Notes under the pieces: model-generated
The model's input: the letters and a program-made list of their open reading frames with translations, nothing else
Told to the model about the DNA's origin: nothing
The model's database searches: none
Part shown: positions 1 through 11,989 of the stretch, piece after piece
How positions within the stretch are numbered: position 1 is the stretch's first letter
How the letters are laid out: every line of letters starts with the position of its first letter
Program-made: the position numbers and the translations under genes
NCBI GenBank assembly: GCA_003971905.1
Contig: RSEE01000034.1
Coordinates: forward strand, 124,001 to 188,000
Length of the DNA: 64,000 nt
From: Moniliella sp. 'wahieum'
Lineage: Eukaryota
Reading direction: 5' to 3'

Positions 1-870
1 TTTGGACCGGTTTGGTCTGTTCTGTACGAACAGGGGCGGCGGCTGCAGTTGAATGCTTCTTTACTTTGGTCCTGCTGGATTTGCGCCCACCTCCGCTCTT
101 AGCTGAAACCAGCGCAGGGTCCTGTGACTTGGTAGAATCGCTGATGATGCGGCCTGAATGAGTGCGGGTTGCAGCACGTGCCGGTACAGGAGGTTGGGAT
201 GGGAGTCTTGGCTTCGGTTCCAAAGCACCAGGAGGGACGCTTTTTCCCTTTTCGGGTTTGGCAACTTTTGGATCGGTCCCCTTCTTAGCCGGAGAAGGCG
301 AGGGATGAGAATGTTTTTGGCTCGCTGTTTTGGGGGTCCCACTCGCGGACGGTTTTGACCCTAAAGGCTTTGGGGAGGGCTTCCCAAAGTAGGCACGGAA
401 ATATGCGTCGTTGCGCGGCTCTTCTTCCTCTTTGGAATTGGGAGGGTCCCTTTTGCCATCTCGGCCAGGAGCTGGCATCGTGTGTGAAGGTCTGAATGGA
501 TGTAGGGGCTGGAGGGCAACAGGTGGGGTGCTGGCCACAACTTCGGAGGACTCACAGCTCAGGTCTCTCTCAAAATGGTTGGCTCGGCAAGCGGTGGTAC
601 AGGACAACCAAGGAAAGGTGGATCTGATAAAGAAAAGACGTGGGTCTAGTTAGCCTCTCGATCCGGCACCTCATCGCTTACACCCCACACCCACCAGCGT
701 GGCGGTCACCACGCCCCCTCAATGCGAACAGGTGGGAAGTGGGCTTGTTCGAAACGTACCAACGGCAGGATAGAGGAGGTGGAGGAGCAAAGCGAAGTAT
801 CTGCGGCAAGTCTGTAGTTGTGTTGTAGCAGCTAAGAACCCCGATGACAAGTCTGTGGTTGTGCAGCATG
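1..870 (-). CDS. Hypothetical spliced gene, K/P/S-rich, running off the left edge of the window (5' boundary uncertain)
   Basis: Stop-free minus-strand frame from ~640 to 1 (...NSKEEEEPRNDAYFRAYFGKPSPKPLGSK...KKHSTAAAAPVRTEQTKPVQ). Canonical intron at ~681-625 (GTAAGC...GCTAAC...TCAG). No recognisable domain. Confidence 0.4.
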
Positions 871-3229
871 CTGAATCTACATAGGTAGAGTCTTGCGCAA
901 TTTTAATTGGTTGGACGATGTGATCTACAAACTGCTGCGCACGGGGGCAGTCGCCACAGTGATATGCGGATCCTATCGAGTAACCGGGGGTGCCGTTGCA
1001 TTAAATAACGCGTCTCCGCCTCAGCACGGGCCGGGGGGAGAGCCTATTCTCGCCTATCCCGTCCACCATGAATCGCGTAGACCAGACATCCAGTCATCGC
1101 CACTGCGTCACCGGCGGCCGGTCACCTCTGTGGGCCTATGGTCTTTCGTGGCCAAGGTCACTTCCATCACCGGCACCGCTGACCGATGAGTGACACCATG
1201 TGTGATGTGCGTGTGATCTTGTTCTGATGTGTGGCGTTTCCGGCTCAATAATGACAACTTGGAATCACCATGTCTTCAATCGCAATTTGATCTCCATCGA
1301 CCACCATTTCCATTTACTAGCTTTACTGTCCTTTCGGCTCCTCCTGGGCGTTAATACATTCATCTCCACTAGCCTATACTCCCCCTCAGACATCCCACAT
1401 CGTGCATGAGGCCAGGGGTTTTCTTCAGCGGTTGTTTAGTTATCGAAGTGATCAAAAAGATGTTAATTTTGTTGAGCGTGGGAGTCGTTGTGTCACACTG
1501 ATGACACCTTTGCTTGAAGAGCAACGGCAATAACCCTCAGGGCAGCCGTGTTGGTATGGTTGCAAGGCCAAATTCGCCTTCACCTCGTCGAAATGAGCTG
1601 CTAGTCTGACTGGGTGCGTGGGATTGCTGGGAAAATGAACCACAATACCATACCCCCGATCCATGATACCCTTTCCACCGATCCCTTGACGCTCTGGGCG
1701 AAGGGCCACTCTTCCGACTGTGAAAAGAGCAAAATGAGTCCCTATCCTGCTGCGTGGTAGTGCAGCATGAAAGCGTTCATATTGCTACAAATAGCCCTGT
1801 GTAAAACACGTAGCCCCAGGGCAGGAGGGCTAAGAGCTGTTGGCGCGCCAAACGAGAGCCAGTGTACCTGAAATATAAGAGAAGGCGGTGGTGGAAGGGT
1901 GGTGTACACCCATACGATGCACGAGGCAAAAGGCCGAGGGAGGGGGGGGATCGATGTTACGGGGCGCTCCGGTTATCTCCGGACGCTGAGCCCCGCGTGT
2001 CATAGACATCTCAGCCCAACACGCGTCAGTCCGGTTAGATTAGCGAAGAAGAAAGAGAGCCAGTCGACACCTTATCCTTGCTGCGGATATCATCCGCGGC
2101 CCGCCATGGTCGCATGGGCTTATCGGTACGATGCTTTGTGCCCATCGCCTCCAGTCTTGTCAGATCGATGAGAACCCTTCCTGCTGCGCCCGACTATGCA
2201 GCGTCATCACTTTGGAAAGCAAGGGCTGCGCATTAGTCTTTACCTCTCTGTGGGAAGTGCCCCGCATTCTGTCTATACCTGACATGCATGATGAGGCACT
2301 TGAGGCCTTTTGTTTCTTTCTGCTGTATGTAAACAGCCATGTTCCTTGTCGACCATACCAGTGTCTCCTATCTTTGGTCTCCCCGACTACCAGTTCCTCT
2401 CTCGCCCTTCCACCTTCTACCGCCCTTACGCTGAAGAATTTACGACTTACGTCGAGTGCACTGCTAGCCGCGGTTACTCTCATCAGTAGCGTGCTCTTCT
2501 TTAGGAATCTGTCAGTTCCCGCCTACTACAGCATACCGAGTGTGGTAACGCTGCGAGGAACAGAAAATAACTTCAGAGCTCCTGGACCCCTTCAGCTGGT
2601 CTAACGACCTACGGACGCGGCTCCTACCTCGGAGGATCTGAACTACGGCCTTTGCACGCGACTCATCGTATCAGAGTATTCCTCAATCACCTCCCCGTCC
2701 CACTCCTCGTGTGATCATTCGGAGAAGGAGGCGTTGTCGTCCCACTCTTTGGCTCCAAATTGTTGGAGATGTCGTTCAAACCGATCGAGGATCGCGTCAA
2801 GGTCGGCATTGAACATGATGGAACGCTTCCGTTGCGCCCGGTCCCTCTGATCGCTCTTGTTGGATACGTGGCGGAAAAAGAACTCGTTGGCCGGCACCTC
2901 CACCTTCTCGCGGGGCAAGGTAGCCTTCAACGTCGACTAACACTTGGGCTCAGATTTGGAGAGCGGTTTTGAGCGCAGCTTCTTGGTAGGAGGGGGTGGT
3001 AGCGCCCCCCCCCCGTGTCCTCACCCTCATCCTCGTCCCGCGCGAACGAAAACGGGTTATTGGCCCTGGGGCTGGATGAAGCAGGCGCGGCAGGGGGGCT
3101 AGTAACGGGGGGTGAATGAACGGTCGGAAGCTGTTCTTTCGTGTTAGGATGGCTGCGTGACCCAACAGTGTGAGCGAAGCGAAGAAGGGGAAGCTCGTCG
3201 CATACGAGCGTCAGAGTCGTCAAAACGAC

Positions 3230-5000
3230 CTCTCACTGCGGGCACGCATCAGCGGCGCACGCAAGGAGAGGCCTTTTGGGCGTGAAGCGGAGGCGGCTGC
3301 ACATGTGGCAAGGCTGCGGAGGCACCGGCTTGGGCAGTAGTAACGTGTCTGAAGCCTCGGGGCTTCTTCCCTCCGCAAATGATCGACATAGCTCTGGACT
3401 CGCTTGCGCGCCTGTTCCAAAGCATCATTGAACTCCTGGGTTGCATGATGGCACAAGCCACTTGATGTTCCTCCTCTGGCCCATCCGACCTCGCGGCAGC
3501 GACTGGGTCACCTGGTTTGCGCGGCTGGAGCCCATGCATGATGTAGAATGGAGACAATACTGTTGAGGCGAAGAGAGCAGTGTGGAGGGCAAAGGTAGTA
3601 GAGGGCAGGCAATCGACCCAATCGGATTGCATATCGTTGACGAAATGGCGTAGATGAGTCTGAACCAAGTCGACAAAAAACCGTCCCGACTGCACATCGG
3701 ACTGGGGGTGTTATGTAGTGGCCATTATGCTTTGGCGGATGCCATGTTTGCCGCGTCGTAAAAAGCCACCCACCCAGCAGTATTAAGTGAACAAGAGCTC
3801 TCTGTCGCTCACTATCTCGATAGTCAACCCGTACACTTGGAACACCTTCTGCGTCAGCCGCTCGAGAAAGCGGCCTGCCGTTGCGCTCGCGGCACGAAAT
3901 GGGCACCACCATCTTGGACAGCCAATCCACCACCACCATGTGCAGCGTCTTGCCCTTGCTTTCAAGTCCTCCCTCTGGAAAGGGACCGAAATGATCCATG
4001 CTGAAAGTGGACCAAGGCCGAGCTGGTACTTCAAGCGGATGCAGTAGATCATAGGAATGATGGCGGTGGCTCTTGGGAGTTTGACACGACGAGTATGTTC
4101 CCTTGTAGCGACCCGTATCGAAGGACATACCGGGCCAATCTTATCACCGCGCCAGGTGATCGTACGTGCGCTCTCTCCATGGTGCCTTGCCTGGGGCTTA
4201 CTATTGTGGGGCAAGGGATACCGCAGCGCTTCAGACTCGGACAACCACGTCGCTCTGAAAGTCGATCCAACCACTTGCCCGCCGATGAGATCATCATCTT
4301 GTTGAAGCCTATAATTGCAACGGGGTGCCGAGAGACGAGACGTATGTCCATGATACCACAACACTCGATCGGGGGCCAGCACTCCTAGAAGCTAAGCTCG
4401 GCTGAACTATCTCGAGCAAAGGAGACCGACACCTCATTGGGGTACAGAAATCAGGTACCCAAGACCGCTGCATAGCGCAGAATTGATGTATATCAGAAAA
4501 CTGGTGGCTGAACGTTCGACCGCCAGGTTAAAAGGCAAAGGCAAGAGCGATAGTACCTGATCAGCTCCTTTGCCCATCCCGTCCCCACCTGGAGGGGGAC
4601 AGAGAGGGGAGTCATGACGTACCCGTATTTGCGCATAACCATCTGGAAACGTGTGGGTGCGGTTCTAGACGGCCGTCGCGACGAAGTAGGTGGCCGTGGC
4701 ACGCATACACGGCGGAGCCCCTACCTGTAATCACGCGCCTGCTCCGGCGAGATCGACGACGTGCTGGCCTCGCCCCTCGCCAGGCCCGACCCCCCTTGGC
4801 TCGGCGACTGACCCCCCTTGGGGCCGAAAGCGACGGCCACACTGCCCCGGGCGATGACCGTTCTGCCCCAAGGGACACTCGCTACGCCAATGACCCCCTT
4901 GCCCCCAGCGCATGCGTATGCAGAGACCACCCTCGCGGCGACAGGCGTACTCTTCACCACTGAGCCGAAACTTGCGTCTCACGGGACGGACCTTCGCTCC
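3230..5000 (-). mobile_element. Degenerate Ty3/gypsy LTR retrotransposon: gag zinc knuckle, protease remnant and integrase; RT/RNase H not found
   Basis: Frameshifted CCHC knuckle (LCIR..GQGGHWRSEC, ~4860-4925). Protease-like 'AVLGT*FL' at ~4450. Integrase motifs LLHPLEVPARPWSTFSMDHF, MVVVDWLSKM, EIVSDRE and LRHFVNDMQSDWVDCLP...SPFYIMHG, split by frameshifts. Confidence 0.85.
3262..3365 (+). repeat. Fragment of unclassified dispersed repeat family (copy A)
   Basis: gcctttgggcgtg..gaggcggctgcac..gtggcaaggc..gtagtaacgtgtctgaa matches 23915-24000 and the reverse complement of 5255-5355. Confidence 0.75.
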
Positions 5001-5215
5001 AGCTAGGTTGTCGGCCCGTAGTGATTATAGTTGCTGGTGTTACGCGCGCGCGGCTGGAAGCCAGGAGTTAGCCATGGCGAGGTACGGGAATGGTTGCGGC
5101 CCGGGAGGATGTCTTGTGACAACAAATGCAACTCGGCTCGGGTCACCCACTCGATTAAGTCATCAAGCTCCTGGGCCTGCATCGACGCGTTGACATAGAA
5201 ATGCGCCTGACGTAA

Positions 5216-5600
5216 TTGGGCAGGGTTTGTCCTCCCCTGCCTCTACCGTCCCTAAGCCTCGGAGGCTTCAGACACGTTACTATAGCCTACCAAAGCCGGT
5301 GTGTACGCAGACTTGCCACACCTACAGCCGCATCTGGTTCACGCCCAACGGCCTCTCCGCATACTTTGATCCCCTGGAATCCACCACCCGATCCAAGTCC
5401 GAAACTATCGTCAGTCGTCCGATTGTCTCCTAAGAGATTGTACCCCCGAAACCTGTTTGGTCACAGGAACCCCCTGGCGCCCCCCCATGACAAGTTATGC
5501 CATAGGTTATGTTGTTGCCCGAGGGCCATGATGGATGATGAGGAATAGGGGTCGCGTCACCAGCCCAGAGCAGGTGGATTTTGTGGACTGGATCTCTTGA
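5216..5600 (-). repeat. Unclassified dispersed repeat family (copy B)
   Basis: Reverse complement aligns by eye with 33280-33450 (caggttt..ggggtacaat..ggacgact.acg.tagtttcgg.cttgg) and with 23915-24040. Confidence 0.75.
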
Positions 5601-5655
5601 TGCGAGGGGGGACGCACCCACTTACTAGGAGTGCGACGTGACACGTGCGATCACA

Positions 5656-5742
5656 TGTGACATGGGCTGTGACATGGGCTGTGACATAGCTGTGACATAG
5701 CTGTGACATGGGCTGTGACATGGGCTGTGACATGTGACATGG
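5656..5742. repeat. Minisatellite: 8 copies of palindromic TGTGACA with 0-5 bp spacers (TGGGC/TAGC)
   Basis: TGTGACA starts at 5656, 5668, 5680, 5691, 5702, 5714, 5726 and 5733. Confidence 0.95.
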
Positions 5743-6699
5743 GACGCATCCCCCATGGGGGAAGCGGAGTTGAAATGTGCAACGCGAGCCCGCAGCACGG
5801 TCGTCGGTACGCCGACAAAAGCGCGGCTGGAGAGACTGGCTCGCTTCTGCCGTCATGCCCAACACTCGCGCCATTGCCCACCACCATCGCCGCCACGCGG
5901 AACGACTTGGGGATGGAATGTGCGACCGGTGCGGATGGGAAGCCATGCGACGCTTTTTGGCGGCCCCTGCATGACCGCCTCCATCTGCCTCGCCGATTCT
6001 CCTGGGTCAGGGGCAACAGCGGATGAGTTGCCCGCGAGTGACCCAGCCCCCGTTCGTGGTACCACAAGGCCCAAAAGTCCACGAGACCACCAGGCCACAT
6101 GCCCACTTGTCCAACCCAGATTTCCAAAAGGTACGTCGAACTGCACAGGCCAAACCATTCTGGTCGGCGATTGTAACGTGCTAGATCAAGGCTATGTGTG
6201 TCTGATCGAGAAAACGCGTTTGATTCTGTAAGCGCAGATCGGAAGAAGATCGATCGCAGCCGGCAATGGAGGAGAATGGAGCTTGTCCCTCCCTCGTCCG
6301 AGGAACGGGGAGAGGATCAGGGTGCTTGTGATGGTGGCGAGCAGCCCACACATGCAAAAAAACCGTCAATCATCAAGAGGAGGCATTGTCCCGCAGCGGA
6401 GCCTGAAAAGGGAGCGCCCGACCTCTGGCCATCAGCCTAGGGGGCGGAGGCCCGCCCCCGGCGTTTCTTGGGATGGGAACCCGCGTGGGACGAACACGGC
6501 ACGACAGGACCCAACCGACCCAGTGTCGCACGCATTGGGCCATGGCAGAGGGGGTGAGGTGGCACGAACCACTTCGGTGCGGACGATCTGTTGGGGACGA
6601 AGCACCGCTTCAGTGCTGGCGACCACCGGAAGAGGGGTGACCGGAACCAGTCGATGCGAGCCGGCCTACTATTCAGTCTCACTTGACGGCGGGGGCATG

Positions 6700-7120
6700 G
6701 ACATTGTGTCGGTACTGGGGCGCATACATGTTCGTCAAAGACCGTGTGCGCTCTTCAAATGCCAACCCACGCTTCTCCTTATGTTGCGGTCAAAGTGTGT
6801 TTCAACTCTCCTCTCCTCCTGTATTGTTCCACTGCTCTAACCCTTCCTTTCCTTTCTACCGGATGATTTCCCACCGCTCCGAACCGTGCACATCAATAGC
6901 TTTAAACTGTGCACGTGCATGCAATCGCTGGTACTCAGTAAACCCGCGAGCGACTCGTTGATGGATGTACAAGTCGCCGCTCTGATCCTAGCCTACCCTC
7001 ACCTCTGCCACGTTCGTCTCTTCCGCATGGACAGTGTCGGCCCATCGACGATGCAGGCCTTGACGTTGGTGGCCCGTGGTTTGCAACGTCTTGCTCTGAA
7101 AGACTGTGCGCTAGTTAGGT
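6700..7120 (+). pseudogene. Possible LRR/RNI-like (F-box type) gene fragment
   Basis: VAALILAYPHLCHVRLFRMDSVGPSTMQALTLVARGLQRLALKDC resembles RNI-like leucine-rich repeats and is followed by a GTAAGG donor at 7119. No complete gene model. Confidence 0.3.
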
Positions 7121-7299
7121 AAGGCTGTAAATGCATGACTTCAGTATATTAAGTATACTGCCGTCTTGCTGGGTCGCCAGGAGGGTCCATTGCGTGCTAA
7201 GAACGCGACCCCGCCATATTTTGCATTCATTGCGCGCTGAGAACCAGGCACCGCCGTTTCGCGCTTTTGAGGACAAGGGGGCAGTATAGGCAGGGGAAG

Positions 7300-7990
7300 A
7301 TGTACTGCCGGGACTGAGACAGCTGATACTGACGGCGAACTGGACTCTGGCATGCTCGGGAAGGAAGGCGGGCGTGATGGCGTGGGACTGGACTAAAGGC
7401 GATCCCTTACACGAATGTCGAATAAAAGCGAACATCCTCCAGACGAGAGACAAGACAGTGTCGAGACATGGGGTAGTCCGTGAATTTGGGATATCTGGCC
7501 CCTGTCCCGTTCTGAGCGCGAGGCCTGGCGTGTCTTCTTCCAAAATCTTGGCTTTATAGAAGGAGATGCCCGTCCCTTCGGCGAAAATCGTCGTCCAGTT
7601 GCGCCGTTACGAGGTGCCCCGACCCAAGTGTGGCTGGCAACGTCTCCAACGTTGGCTGCTTCGCAATGAAGAAAAAAAAGCGGGGGGAGGGAATCGCCCT
7701 GTCGAGCATCCTCCATGTTCCCGTCCGAAGCAACCCAAAGCTGAGTGGGGGGGGGGCATAAAACCCCCGGTCCAAAGAAGGGGTATGAGATGGGGGAAAT
7801 AACAGTGGGACGCGCTGGCGAGGGTGCGAGGGCGCACAGTGTTGAAAGCGTTGGTGAAATCGAGCATGACAACGCGGTTGAATTTGCTTCGCTCCGGGTG
7901 CTCCTTAGCCCCAGTTGGCCGCTGTAATGCGTTCGACCATCCACACCAGAGGTTCCACCCCATTACGCGATGCTAGCTCCAGCTGGATAA
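7300..7990 (-). mobile_element. Degenerate non-LTR retrotransposon reverse transcriptase, CRE-clade-like
   Basis: Ordered RT motifs across frames: NGVEPLVW, VMLDFTNAFNTV, ARQGDSLPPLFF and VTAQLDD (YLDD equivalent). Confidence 0.75.
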
Positions 7991-8169
7991 AGAGGATCCT
8001 GATGGAGCAGGAACCGCTAGGGGTGGAGGAGGCGGCGGCGCTGGCGGGGGCGGCAGGCTTCTCTGCGTCAGTAACTGCCAACGCTCACTTTAAACTACGC
8101 ACTAAGAGGTGTATTAAGCTATCTTGAATACAGCACAGGGCCCATACTACCCCTAGCCGCACCCATTGA

Positions 8170-10010
8170 TCGGTCAATCGATCCGCCGGCTGTCTTCCTC
8201 GTCCAGGGCCTTCAGTCGCTCATCCTGTAACACGGCTAGGGCCTGTCGCTCCAATCCCCGCGCGGACCGGATCCGAACAAAAGGAATACCAATTGTGGCA
8301 TGAGACTGTCTGGCAAGGCTCAACACCGTTTGCTCGCCATGTGTCGTGGAGGGGACCACATGTGTAAGAACAAGTTGCACAGGATGGTCGATATGGACCA
8401 CAGCTTCCAAGCCACGTACAGGGATGCTTAAGCCGCTGCCATTGTTCTCCCCATTCTCTGTTAAGGCTCAATCTGAGCGCTTCGGATCGTTCTCTTCCAT
8501 CTCGGACCGTTCACGCACAGCACTGACCACCACTTTGGTTACAGACAATCCTTAGGACCGCTGCAGTCAACGAAGCGAACATGGACCTGACTTCGGCCGC
8601 GATCCAAATCTTGTATGTCACCGACGGGTCCTGAAGGCCAACCAGAATCCCCGGCTGATCCCGACTTCCCCGCTCACTGCGGACCGGACGTTGATCTACC
8701 TCCCAAACCATGCAATCCCCACGATCTGAAGATGATTGGTGTAGGCATTCAATAATCCCAAGCCAGAGCGTTGCAGAGGCAGGACTAACCTTCGCCTTCG
8801 ATACCAGACTCGGAGACGGTAAAATGTGGCGAATGTGGCGTCCATTAGTATGCAGTCGCGGACACGGAGAGGGGCCATAGTTGAGAGGTACCATATTCAA
8901 ATCTGCACGCCAAACCCGTACCATGCTAACCAATGTGCGATCCAAGCACTCAGCCTTGCAATGTACCGGAGGGTATACTAGGGAGTATTGATCTCGCGTG
9001 CAATACCCAGAATACGTTCTTAGTCTTACCGTTAATGCATGGAGACCGATTGTCCGACTGAAAGAACTTGGCCTCCCTTCCCCGCTGCACCTTGTGCAAG
9101 ACCGGAGGAGCCCAAGAATTTGGGTGGTGAACCTTTGGAAATGTAGAGCAATGCAATCGCGATGGTGGTGGTCCAAGGTCTAAGCCATCTGCCACACCTG
9201 GAAGAGACAGGGGTTCGAACAAGCAGAAATATACAAGTGGAGCCTTCTGAGGTCAATTAAGGGGAAAAGGGTGGTAAGGCATCTTGGCCTACGTCGGGAC
9301 CACGGGTCCTAACCTCTTGGTCACGGCGAGAAACATATTAATCAGCTCAGTAAGCCGCGCAGTGTTGGCCAAGGTGGATACCCAACACTTGATTGAAAAA
9401 TCATCCACCACGGTAACGACAAACCTCACCTTGTTCACGTTACTGGGAAGGGGTTCAACATTGTCTGCGTGAATACGCCGGCCTCGGCCCCGGCTGGGTA
9501 TTCATGCACATCAGCTTAGGCTTGATATCGAAAAGGACAGTTCCGAGCAATGTGGGTCTCCTTGTTGCAAACATAGCAAAGTCGCCGATGTCGCTGGCCC
9601 GACGCCTCTCTGACAACTGGGCTCGGCGGGCCACCATCTTGGCAGCCTTCTTTTCCTCGTCGAGATGACGCTGCTTCTCTTTGAGCACACGTTCATGGAT
9701 CAATAGCTCTGTCAAAGCTTCTTGGCGCGTCAGATTCGGACGCCACTGACATGGAATGATGACATCGGTGTACTCTGAGGGAAGACCGTTCCACACAGCG
9801 GCAAGGTAGCAAATATCGTCCGTTTCGTAGCCTGCAACCTTCATGTGCGCCACGTAGCCATCAATCCGATTGATGTAGTCGCTGATAGACTCCGTCGGAT
9901 CCTTGCGGGCTGAGATCAGATTACTCATGACCTCGTAGACATAGGTAGTGGCATTGCCGGAAATGGAGGCACGCAAAGTGGTGCTGTTGATCGACAGCCT
10001 CGGGTCCATC
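8170..10010 (-). mobile_element. Degenerate Ty1/copia element (gag/UBN2-like, integrase, truncated downstream region)
   Basis: 9455-10009 is gag-like (ESISDYINRI...LAAVWNGLPSEY). Integrase remnants VVDDFS, FQSDN, KAECLDRTLVSMVR and GILVG..YKIW, with many stops and frameshifts. Confidence 0.8.
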
Positions 10011-11989
10011 GGACGGGGACCAAGGAGGAGCAGGCCTTGAGGCCCTAAGGGTCGATGAGGTTGCAGAGTGGTGGTAGCCAGTCAAGTTCAAATTTCAAGG
10101 CTTTTCACCGGATGGTGGGAGGAAGGCGCTCGCTGAGGTAAGCACACACAGTTCGCCTGGTTAGATTCAATGCCTGTCAATGCCCTGCTAGGCGCTGCGC
10201 TGCGCTACCCAGTTCCAGCCCCGCAGCCTACCCCAGTCTGCCCCAGCATATCCCCGCCTGCCCCAGCTGGCAAACGGAGTTCGGCGCAGCGCTGCGAGCT
10301 TGAAGCTAGAAGGTGGAAGGTTGGAAGGCGGCGCGCACCTGGTCAAATAGTTGGAACAGGGAACCATCCCGACGAGCATACGCTGCGAACGTCTCTGTCG
10401 TGCTTTACATGGTAATACTTGCGCAGTTCCAGCGATCTTTGTGCACCAACATTCACTTCGTGTTCACAGTAAAGCTCGTCAAAAGTATAGGTAAACCTTG
10501 GCCTTCGCAAGTATGACCCCACTGCAAGGAGCACCAGCAGCTAGACTCGCAAAACGTCTCATTGTCCAGATCAAGTCCCCAAACATTTGTTCCACTTTGG
10601 TGTCGTTGGGGCGAAGAGGGAAGCTCAATTCGGCTTGGTTGGCGTTGCCGCTGACGGCACCAGCACTCCAAATGCACTAGCAGGCGGGAGCACACTGCGG
10701 AATCCGTTACTCTTCAGTACCAACAACGGGATGGCGGGGGCAACTGCTGCGCCTGTGCCTCCTTTGGCCCACCTGGGACAATTAGTATAGCCAACACGGA
10801 AAAATGACGAGAGCCAGTCGATCCAGCAGATGATGATGAGGAGGTACGACTCGAGTAGGATTTTCCCGCCCCATTGGCCCCAGTCACTATTAAGGCCCGA
10901 GTGGACAGAGAGGTCCGAGTAGGCTTGTGCACGACTACTGTGTGAGTGAACATGGGGTTGGCGGTGATCGTGGTGGTGATGCTTGTCGAGCAAGGACTGT
11001 GTGGGGAGCGATGGAATCCAGGAAGGTGATATGGGTTGGCATAGCAGTCTGTCCACAGGCATCCCTTGACGACGACACAAGGCGGGAGGCCAAAGTCATC
11101 GGCTGGCTTACAGGACAGGAGGTTGAGCAGGCTAGGCCAAGCTGAAGAGGGTGAGGTGGAGAAGGGGCCATGCAAGATCGATATAAACACGCCTAGCCTC
11201 AAAAAAGAGCGCTGATAGTGTGAAGTATCGGCGGGGGGGGGGGGTTGAAGCACAGAAGCTCAGTGCGTGTTCAGCGTCGGGGACGTCCAGCGGTCAGCGA
11301 TACCCGAGGAGGAGGAGGGGAGGAGGGAAAGGGCAACGGTAGACTGCTCTATGCACAGTGCATGCCGTCTCGGACAGCAGAGCAGAGTGGTGGATGCGGG
11401 TGGCGACATGCGCGGTGCTGGCGCTGGTAGCGGGAAAAAGCGTTGCGATGGCCATCGTCAGGCCTCAGGCCCTCAGGCCTCACCGGCCTCAGGCCTCACC
11501 CCGCCCCCAGTTGGCCTCACCCCGCCCCCGTACCTACACTGCTGCCTTGCTCCGTTCCCGATGTGCAAGTGATCATGCAGATCATGCTGTGACGCCACAT
11601 CGTGTGCATCGCGCGTCAGTCGCGTCAGTGATGCACGCCAGTACTCAGTAACTCAGTTGAGCGCTGATTAAGGATTGAGCAGATCCCCCACGAGCGTGAG
11701 CGCGTGAGCGTAGATGAACGCGTGAACGTGTGAAGAGTTCGCATGCATCACAAGGGGGAGTCAAGCTAGTCACTAGTCGTGCATCATAACCTGCTCGGGC
11801 TGGTCGACGGGCTACCAAGTGCTACCTTCTCTGGCCACGGGCCCCAACCGGTAACCAAGCGTTGCCTAAGGGCGCCAATGTAGTCACAGAATCAATAAAC
11901 GTTCAGATCGAAGGGCACAATAGGTACTACTAGTCATACAAACAGATACAAGAAGCCACCAGTCCCACCACCACGGCCAACGCACCGAT

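Noticed and set aside
5656..5742. CRISPR-like repeat/spacer array
   Set aside because: Units are 7 bp with 4-5 bp recurring spacers, the context is eukaryotic and there are no cas genes.
10714..11253. Walker A-like IVTGANGAGKS in a minus-strand ORF
   Set aside because: Embedded in Ser/Thr-rich low-complexity sequence with no Walker B or other ATPase motifs; probably chance.
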